Source: Tubulanus polymorphus
Lineage: Eukaryota; Animalia; Nemertea
DNA: 64,000 bases
Direction: 5' to 3'
Assembly: GCF_964204645.1 (NCBI RefSeq)
Contig: NC_134029.1
Span: 24,809,479 to 24,873,478 of the forward strand
Shown here: positions 54,501 through 64,000 of the stretch, piece after piece
How the letters are laid out: each line of letters starts with the position of its first letter
Numbering within the stretch: the stretch's first letter is position 1
The notes under the pieces: generated by a model
Seen by the model: the letters and a program-made list of their open reading frames with translations, nothing else
Databases searched by the model: none
Told to the model about the DNA's origin: nothing
Program-made: the position numbers and the translations under genes

Positions 54501-57500
54501 TATTCTTGCCTTTGTTCGCTAATCTCGGGATTAAGCTTATGTTTGTATAACTCGTCGGGGGGAAAGTTATCGTAACTTCTATACCGGAAGTACGTCACGG
54601 TAAATCATCACGTACCAGACTGCAGAAACCGAGCCTCGCTTTGAGACTAATCAATTTCACAGACGAAAAAACAACAGAACCTAGCGACGAACCTAGCAAC
54701 CAGAGACAATGAGGAATCATATCCGGAAGTCATAGATTTGTCATATATGACACGCGTGAATATATAGAATAATTTGGACCCAAGAGAGAAACTCACAGAA
54801 AACTTCACCGTTCCTTCCTGACGTATTACTACTACAAACAACATTATTATTATTAGTCTAATAACAGTGACGATGGTTAAATATCTACGTGATTATATTA
54901 CCATATGGCGCTACTTACAATAAACCACTAGATATTTCATACAAATTGAGTGAAGTTGCTTATTACCAGGAGGTCGGGTCGAACTATAGTTGAGTCAGAA
55001 TTCCATTAGTTGCTTTATTTATGATTTACTACCATAAGTCAATCGGAACTGGAAGAACTGAAGGAGTCAGAGAGGAGCTCGATGAGTTAGAAGACCGGTC
55101 GAGTGTAAGATAAACATCTTCGTCTCTACCGTGATGAGTTCGGCTAAAAAACCCAATCATCCTCGAGCTAGCTCAATCTCTATAACCGCTTTACTTACTG
55201 CCTACACGTGGACACACGCGCAATACGCGCACCGAGCTGGCAAATCTTAAATCAATTCAATTTCTTCCAATTCATCCTAAATCGATTCAGGAGTTAATCA
55301 TTTTCGTGAATCGGGCTCGGAGCTAAAACATCCATATATAAAAATCAATACAGTCGATGTCCGTTATAATGGCATCGTTTAAATGCCATTGCTCGCTTAA
55401 CGCCAGCATATTTCAGAAAACTGATTTGCTCAATCAAACTCAAATTAAAATGAAAATATACCATTCTTTATAACACCATTTTTTCCATTGGTCTCAACAG
55501 TGAAATTATAACGGTCTTTGACTGTCAGTGAAAAATGAAATCGAATAAATCGAGGTCGAATGGCTAGTTTAAGCTAGTTCATGGTTGAAGTAATTCCAGG
55601 TATTTCATCATCACTGATAGAAGAAAATAATCATTAGTAGAATAAAATGCGGAACGGAAACGGAAATGAGTGCGTTAAATCGGCTTATATTAATAAGATA
55701 TCTAAAAGCCTTGTAAGATTTACCGCTCGACTCAGCTCTCAATAATACTGTTATTTATATTCAATCAGAGAAATTGGAAATTTGGGAAATATGATTTTAT
55801 GATATGATTACCTGAATTCTAATCAGGAATCGTTTTTTTTTCGTGGGTTTTAACTTTAATGAAAAACATTGGTGTAAATTGGATGAGAAACTGGTTGCTA
55901 TCAGAGAGTGATAGCGAGGGTTGTTAGTTTTAAAAAAAAGAATATATGACTTTATTTGACTAAGAATATTAATATAAAAGGTTTGCTTAGGCACATGGGG
56001 TAGGCTGACTGAATGTCTTTATTTCATGAGACGTTTTTTGCAGGATGAAAATGTCCCCGTTTTGGCGAGGAGTTCTTGCTGCACGGCTGGATGAGGTTAA
56101 AGGGATGAATGGGTGAACTCGAGGTGTGATTCACAGGTTGCGCAAGTTGTAATACAATCCCTTGATTCTCAACACGATTCGCATTACATCAGTAAAAAAC
56201 CTAACCAACAAATAAATAATTCACTAAATTCACCTCGATTTTCTCTGCCTCCATTACGGCTGGCTCCGGCTCGACGGCCGCCGCGCGCGAGCGAGCGAGC
56301 GTCTACACTTTCATTTTTTCGATGTATATCGATATTTTTCTAGAAAGGTCTCGCGGATTGTGTTACATTCACGTCCCTTCATTACTTCATATTCAACATA
56401 GATACCGTTGATACCATTTGAAATATGAAGACAAATGTCAAATATTCATATCTATAAATTCCTTACGGAATAAAAAAAGATTCACTCAAAACAACGAATT
56501 GTTGAATTTTGCGACGATTTAGAATATGCGCTTCAAACAAGATTAAATGTTCTAATTTGTATTTTTGATGTTTGTACTAAAAGTGCATGACAAATTCGGA
56601 TTGAAAAACAATCGAAATATCCGCAAAAATGAATTTGTTAATGAAGTTAATTAATTAACATAACACATTGTAATAATATTGATTCACAGTCGATTGAACG
56701 GCAACAATGGAACAGTGGACATCTGTTCCTACGGGCAACTTATTGGTTCGTTGCGACTGATGAAATCTATTCTCGATGATTCGTTTGGGAATCAGCAGTT
56801 TGTATCGGGTGTCGCAGGTGCGCGTATAGAAATCTATTATCAATAATCTTTGAGTGATGAATATTTTTTGCTTTATTGCGCGCCGCATGGTCGCGATTAT
56901 TCCTCGTTTTAAATTGTTTATTGCTACCCGCGGCTGCAGCTCACCGGTTCTGCAGCTCACCGATGTTGTTTTTTTTACCAGATTTACATTAATTTGAAAA
57001 CAACTACAAACGAATATAGAAAGCAGGACTGAAAAATGATTCGAAGTTTTGGTTGGGTACCCTGCATTCATGATCCCGGAGGGAGGAGGGGGGTTACCTA
57101 GCATGCGTGGTCCCGGAGGGAGGAGGGGGGTTACCTAGCATGCGTGGTCCCGGAGGGAGGAGGGGGGTTATTTATTTGTCAGATATATAGATATCGGTAA
57201 TATATATGTAAATATGTTATCTTGATGTCGGGAAATAAAGAAAAAAATCAAAGATGACATGAGAGAGCTGGAATATGTGATAATAACATGGTAGCACCTC
57301 GGCGGCTGTGGCGGCGGCGGCTATAGAGAGGCAAACGGAGTCCTTTGATAATATACTGATTGCTCATTCACACTGACCGCCGCCACATCACTGATTACTG
57401 TTACTGTAACACTTTATAGTGTTATACATCGTTCAAACTCCTTCAAATATCGCAGAAACTACGACAAAAACACTATCGATATCGAAACATGTTCAGTGTC

Positions 57501-57861
57501 TGGAGTTGTGTGTCGTGTATAGAGAGTATTCTATGTTTCACAGGTTATTGTACTGTGTGACGAGTAACTCGAGAAATTCTTCTCGAAAACGCTGTTATGT
57601 TTTTGTAACACGATCAAAACTGCGCGAAATGTGCTACAAACTTAAAGGTCATAATAATACATCGAATCACTCGTAAATAGAAGGATTATAATGGAAGCTG
57701 ATTTTTATAAAGTTCCCTTTGAATATATCTGAAAGTCGCGATATAGATCGTCATTAACTAAACGTGTCACTAGCAAAACCTGGGAATTTAGAAAATGAAA
57801 ACAAATGATTGTAACCTAATGAGAGAATGATAGACCAGATACTGTTAATGAGAGGCACGAC

Positions 57862-58070
57862 CCGACTGGTCACCAGTCACCACAGTCTGACAAGACAAAC
57901 TAACAAACTTATACAATCACTAGAGCTAGGTGGTCTAGTGGTTAACGTGCTCGGTTAGCGCTCTGGAGTCTCGAGTTCGAGGCTAGGGTTAGGGTTACAC
58001 GCGACTTAGGCTGTCAGGGTTAGGGTTACACACGACCTAGGCTAGGGTTAGGGTTACTGAAGTCCAGGGT
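57862..58070 (+). mobile_element. Second copy of the tRNA-like element with a TTAGGG tail
   Basis: gactggtcaccagtcac...gtggtctagtggttaacgtgctcg...gagttcgaggctagggttagggttac. Confidence 0.65.
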
Positions 58071-58415
58071 TTTTGTACGAACTATTTTTTTGTCCAGAAA
58101 ATAATTTTTAATGGATAGGAAATCTTCCTCTTATCGATATATATTTCATGCTGGTTATCAAGCTGATAGTGTAGTGGACCTGCGGCTCACTTTATGGGAC
58201 GGTGTTGCTGTGTTTAGTTAGTGAATTACAGGTCACGTGGATATGAGCACTAACCCGTGTAATTACTGCTGTTCATCCTTACAAGCTGAAATTGCAGCTA
58301 TTTTTTTAGATAATCTTACTATTCTTGAGAAAAAATAATTTATCGGAATATGAAATCAATACCTGGAGGCAAACAGGGAGAGTTATAGAGAGTTACTGCA
58401 CAGTAGAGAACTCTA

Positions 58416-60536
58416 ACCTCCCTCCCTCTTCCATCCCCACAAACCATGACCTCCCTCCCTCTTCCATCCCCACAAACCATTACCTCCCTCCCTCTTCCAT
58501 CCCCACAAACCATTACCTCCCTCCCTCTTCCATCTCCACAAACCATGACCTCCCTCCCTCTTCCATCCCCACAAACCATTACCTCCCTCCCTCTTCCATC
58601 CCCACAAACCATTACCTCCCTCCCTCTTCCATCCCCACAAACCATGACCTCCCTCCCTCTTCCATCCCCACAAACCATGACCTCCCTCCCTCTTCCATCC
58701 CCACAAACCATTACCTCCCTCCCTCTTCCATCCCCACAAACCATTACCTCCCTCCCTCTTCCATCCCCACAAACCATTACCTCCCTCCCTCTTCCATCTC
58801 CACAAACCATTACCTCCCTCCCTCTTCCATCCCCACAAACCATTACCTCCCTCCCTCTTCCATCCCCACAAACCATGACCTCCCTCCCTCTTCCATCCCC
58901 ACAAACCATGACCTCCCTCCCTCTTCCATCCCCACAAACCATTACCTCCCTCCCTCTTCCATCCCCACAAACCATTACCTCCCTCCCTCTTCCATCCCCA
59001 CAAACCATTACCTCCCTCCCTCTTCCATCCCCACAAACCATGACCTCCCTTCCTCTTCCATCCCCACAAACCATTACCTCCCTCCCTCTTCCATCCCCAC
59101 AAACCATTACCTCCCTCCCTCTTCCATCCCCACAAACCATGACCTCCCTCCCTCTTCCATCCCCACAAACCATTACCTCCCTCCCTCTTCCATCCCCACA
59201 AACCATGACCTCCCTTCCTCTTCCATCCCCACAAACCATTACCTCCCTCCCTCTTCCATCCCCACAAACCATTACCTCCCTCCCTCTTCCATCCCCACAA
59301 ACCATTACCTCCCTCCCTCTTCCATCCCCACAAACCATTACCTCCCTCCCTCTTCCATCCCCTCAAACCATTACCTCCCTCCCTCTTCCATCCCCACAAA
59401 CCATTACCTCCCTCCCTCTTCCATCCCCACAAACCATTACCTCCCTCCCTCTTCCATCCCCACAAACCATGACCTCCCTTCCTCTTCCATCCCCACAAAC
59501 CATTACCTCCCTCCCTCTTCCATCCCCACAAACCATTACCTCCCTCCCTCTTCCATCTCCACAAACCATGACCTCCCTCCCTCTTCCATCCCCACAAACC
59601 ATTACCTCCCTCCCTCTTCCATCCCCACAAACCATTACCTCCCTCCCTCTTCCATCCCCACAAACCATGACCTCCCTCCCTCTTCCATCCCCACAAACCA
59701 TTACCTCCCTCCCTCTTCCATCCCCACAAACCATTACCTCCCTCCCTCTTCCATCTCCACAAACCATGACCTCCCTCCCTCTTCCATCCCCACAAACCAT
59801 TACCTCCCTCCCTCTTCCATCCCCACAAACCATTACCTCCCTCCCTCTTCCATCCCCACAAACCATTACCTCCCTCCCTCTTCCATCCCCACAAACCATT
59901 ACCTCCCTCCCTCTTCCATCCCCACAAACCATTACCTCCCTCCCTCTTCCATCCCCACAAACCATGACCTCCCTCCCTCTTCCATCCCCACAAACCATTA
60001 CCTCCCTCCCTCTTCCATCCCCACAAACCATTACCTCCCTCCCTCTTCCATCCCCACAAACCATGACCTCCCTTCCTCTTCCATCCCCACAAACCATTAC
60101 CTCCCTCCCTCTTCCATCCCCACAAACCATTACCTCCCTCCCTCTTCCATCCCCACAAACCATTACCTCCCTCCCTCTTCCATCCCCACAAACCATGACC
60201 TCCCTCCCTCTTCCATCCCCACAAACCATTACCTCCCTCCCACTTCCATCCCCACAAACCATTACCTCCCTCCCTCTTCCATCCCCACAAACCATTACCT
60301 CCCTCCCTCTTCCATCCCCACAAACCATGACCTCCCTCCCTCTTCCATCCCCACAAACCATTACCTCCCTCCCTCTTCCATCCCCACAAACCATTACCTC
60401 CCTCCCTCTTCCATCCCCTCAAACCATTACCTCCCTCCCTCTTCCATCCCCACAAACCATTACCTCCCTCCCTCTTCCATCCCCACAAACCATTACCTCC
60501 CTCCCTCTTCCATCCCCACAAACCATTACCTCCCTC
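58416..60536. repeat. 33-bp minisatellite (about 64 copies)
   Basis: Unit acctccctccctcttccatccccacaaaccat(t/g). Confidence 0.97.
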
Positions 60537-63304
60537 GAGTATCTCGAGGCAGTCAAGTTAAGTAAAACTATAGATTGTATTTTTAGATGTTTTGAATTGA
60601 AGTTTTATTTAAACAGCTGAACGCACGCACAGCACTGACCGAACACTCCGAACACTCCGAACACTCCGAACATTGGTTTATATCGAGACAGGTGTTCGCT
60701 TTATTATATTCAATCATGACTTTATCATAATCCACAAAAACACTATGATTTATATCATAGGACTAATGTAGAGGAGAGATAGGGGATGAGGGGAGAGGAG
60801 AGATAGGGGATGAGGGGAGAGGGGAGAGGAGGGGAGAGGAGGGGGGCTAGGGGAATAGAAAGGTTATACATGGTTATATCAAACTGTGCATATATAAGAT
60901 AATGATATATTTTTTTACTTGTGGAGGTCTAGTTCAACCTATTGACGCAAATGACAGTATTTATACATGTATACATGATCGTAGTCTCTAGAGGTAGCGC
61001 GGCGGAGACACTACGAGTAACTCGATCTAAAGAGCTGATCAAGAGCTCACCACGTGACCACGAATAGCACTGTAACTTTATATCATATATAGAAAATAAA
61101 AAAACTAAAACCTGCCGCACGCGCGTCATAAATGAAATAAAGATAATTTCTATGACAACAGGTAATATTTGCGGTAATAATGTATGTAGATGAGTGAGTT
61201 GAGACAGATGTTTTTCAGTACAGTATGCATCACAATATTATCACGTGTTGTATTAGAGAACCCTGGTATAGAGACGAGTAGAGAGAGAGAGAGGGAGAGA
61301 GAGGGAGGGAGAGAGGGAGGAAGAGAGGAAGAGAGGAAGAGAGGGAGAGAGGGAGAGAGGGAGAGAGGGAGAGAGGGAGAGTCATCTAAATATTCATACA
61401 TCGCGTTTGTATCGAACATAAAGACATAAAATATGGCGCCCCATAGGCCGCGAACACAAGTCGACCTTAATCTCCACTTAAGAACACAAAGACACAATAA
61501 GTATGAAATATTGATACGCGTTGTGTTTTTTGTATAATAATAATATCGGAAATACCGAGTATTTAATCGCTGAAAGTGCTCGCATAGCACCGCATCGCGC
61601 ATGCGCCGCCGATAACGGCAGAGCATGAAATCATGTTTTTCTTTGTTTGACAGAAGCGTGTGCCGTCAATAAGTGTAAACTAGCTTCCATTTATCCCCTC
61701 AGGTCAAAAACACCAACAACACATCAAAAATCAACGCTAATCGCGTTTGAAATCCGGTATTCTTGACCTAAAACACCCGATAAAAATTCTTACGTTTCTC
61801 AGAAAATACTTCAATCTATTCAGAAATTCGATATATTTTATCAGCCTCAAGTAAAACCAACAAAGTGCGTTCGCTCTCAAAACGACTTGAATTTAAACTG
61901 GTGTCAATTACTCTAAATTCGGGCTGTAGAAATCGTATCAGTAGAGAAACCCAGTACACATAAACCATCAGTTAACCAGCTGTTCGTCCTCCACTGACCA
62001 TTGGTCAATCCTCATTGACCAAACCTCACTGACCACTGGTCAATCCTCACTGACCACTGGTCAATCTCTGTGCGAGTGTGAAGCTCTGATCATTGGTTTC
62101 ATCCATGCATTAGAAATATGTTAATTACGATGTTTTATTGCCCATATTTGGTCAAACGGAGGTGGTTAATACATAAAATAACCACTATTCATCGTGTAAG
62201 GGGTAGCGCACCGTGTTACTAGCAGCACCGATCCGATAACCGAACTTTACACTGAAACTATCAGATACTGAAACATGTATTCAATTATTCATTGAACTTC
62301 TCTTCAATTCATTCAGATATTTAAATCTAAGAACTAATATCGTAGCAGTACCTGGCACCGCGGTACCTGGCACAGTCAGAACTTAAACTCGTGAAAAACT
62401 GAGTCGACGGTCAGAACTTGTGAAAAACAAACATTAGTGAAAAGCGAGGACAGAATCAAAATTTCTACATGTGTAAACCAGTTATAGTGTAAAGGTTTTA
62501 TTTTAGAATTGAATCGATTTATTAAACGGTTTTATGTTATATTCAGTTGTGTGTGTTTCAATCATTCATTGAACTAGTGATTTAACAATGACTCATACTG
62601 ACTGACTGACTGGGAGTACTCGCTCCAGTCTGTTCCTGACTCTCTCTCTCCCTCTCTGTCTGTCGTGTTGTGACACTTTTAATATACGAAAAAGCTTTTC
62701 TATTAGTCTAATTACAATTTCTGAAGCCATTATCAAAATTTGAATTTCAAATTAAAATTCCATCCGTTAAACCGTTATCAGATGGACACGCTTTTTTATA
62801 ATAAAAACAGAGATCAAAGTCCTGAAATAACCATTAGGGCAGCAGCAGTAAATTGATGAAAGCGAAAATAGATTACTTTACATTTTACATATTACCTTCA
62901 ATGTAACAGGATGAGTGTCTGGTGACAATACTTTTAATAAATTTACATCAAAACCTTATACGAAGAGTGAGTGTGAGAGAGGGAGCTATAGGGGGTGGGG
63001 AGGAGAGGGGAGCGGTAGTGGCTTGAGCGCGTTCTATGCTTACAGTAGCCGCAGGGTCAAACTGACTGACTGACTTTCCGCGCGGCTCCCGAGGAAATGA
63101 ACTCAGTCTTTTACCCGTTACACACATAATATACACATCAAATATGATCGTAATAGTTTTTGACGAAATGAAATGCGAACTGAGAATGCAAAATTAACGT
63201 TAAGAGAGAGAAGAGAAAGGATGAAAGAGGAGAGAAAAGGAGGAAAGAGGAGGTTGTACTGCGCTGTAATCTGATGATACCTCCGCGCAACTCAGCTCTA
63301 CCGG

Positions 63305-63410
<106 letters not shown>

Positions 63411-64000
63411 TACTCTCATTTCACGCTATTCTTTTCATTTTATTAAGTTGTTATAACAAGATATATTCCCGTAAAAAACGAGAATTATTGAACCCGAGAT
63501 CTCAGTGATATCTCAGTGACATCTCAGTGATATCTCCCCTGAGATCTCAGTGAGAACTCAGTGAGTTATCGCTGATATTATATCTAATTCATAGAAAAAG
63601 ACTCTCGTGATGTAAATATCTCAGATATCTTTATATGTTTATATTCTAAACGATAAAATCGCCAGAATGTTTAGATTTACCCGAAATCAAACAGAAAAGT
63701 ATTAACGATTGCGACTAGAATCCATAGTTACACGATGAAAGTTGAATTGGTGTATGTAGTAAAACGGGTTGTTTGTTGTATATATTATTGATAGTTGTTG
63801 ACGCCCAATTCGACCGGGACCTATTGATGGTAATATCGATCGAATAAGTGATGGGCATACTGTCTGTCTGAAATAACACAACACACATCTATAAATTCAC
63901 TGTTTACTTTTAAAAGCATTCATATTATTAAATTATATTTTGTTCGGCGTAATTCGGTGAAGCTCGGGGTTTTCCGTCACTCATTATAAAAATATTCTCA

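Noticed and set aside
58325-60620. 700+ aa Pro/Ser-rich and Gly/Trp-rich ORFs
   Set aside because: A 33-bp minisatellite open in most frames.

Overview
Intron-rich, AT-rich animal genomic DNA, probably from an invertebrate bilaterian (the single-exon GPCR type suggests a spiralian; this is inference). Left to right the window holds: the 3' end of cyclophilin B (+), PTCD2 (-), a Hop/STI1-type TPR protein with two transmembrane helices (+), ETFA (-), RPS15 (+) hosting five SNORD31/U31-type C/D snoRNAs, a six-exon death-domain gene (+) with a same-strand nested rhodopsin-family GPCR, and a long PC1/3 (PCSK1) convertase gene (-) whose first coding exon was not found in the window. One PC1/3 intron carries a young 7.3-kb Ty3/Gypsy-type LTR element. 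It has apparently identical 1271-bp LTRs, a GTTC TSD, intact gag, a -1 frameshift signal and a protease, but no recognisable RT, RNase H or integrase. Its leader is the most striking object: four tandem tRNA-Phe primer-binding sites, then seven spaced tRNA T-arm/Pol III B-box hairpins with compensatory stem changes. A second theme is short tandem repeats that copy gene punctuation (splice donors, an acceptor, stop codons) at six sites in four genes. The long repetitive ORFs in the supplied track are minisatellite artefacts. All coordinates were read by eye and may be off by a few bases.
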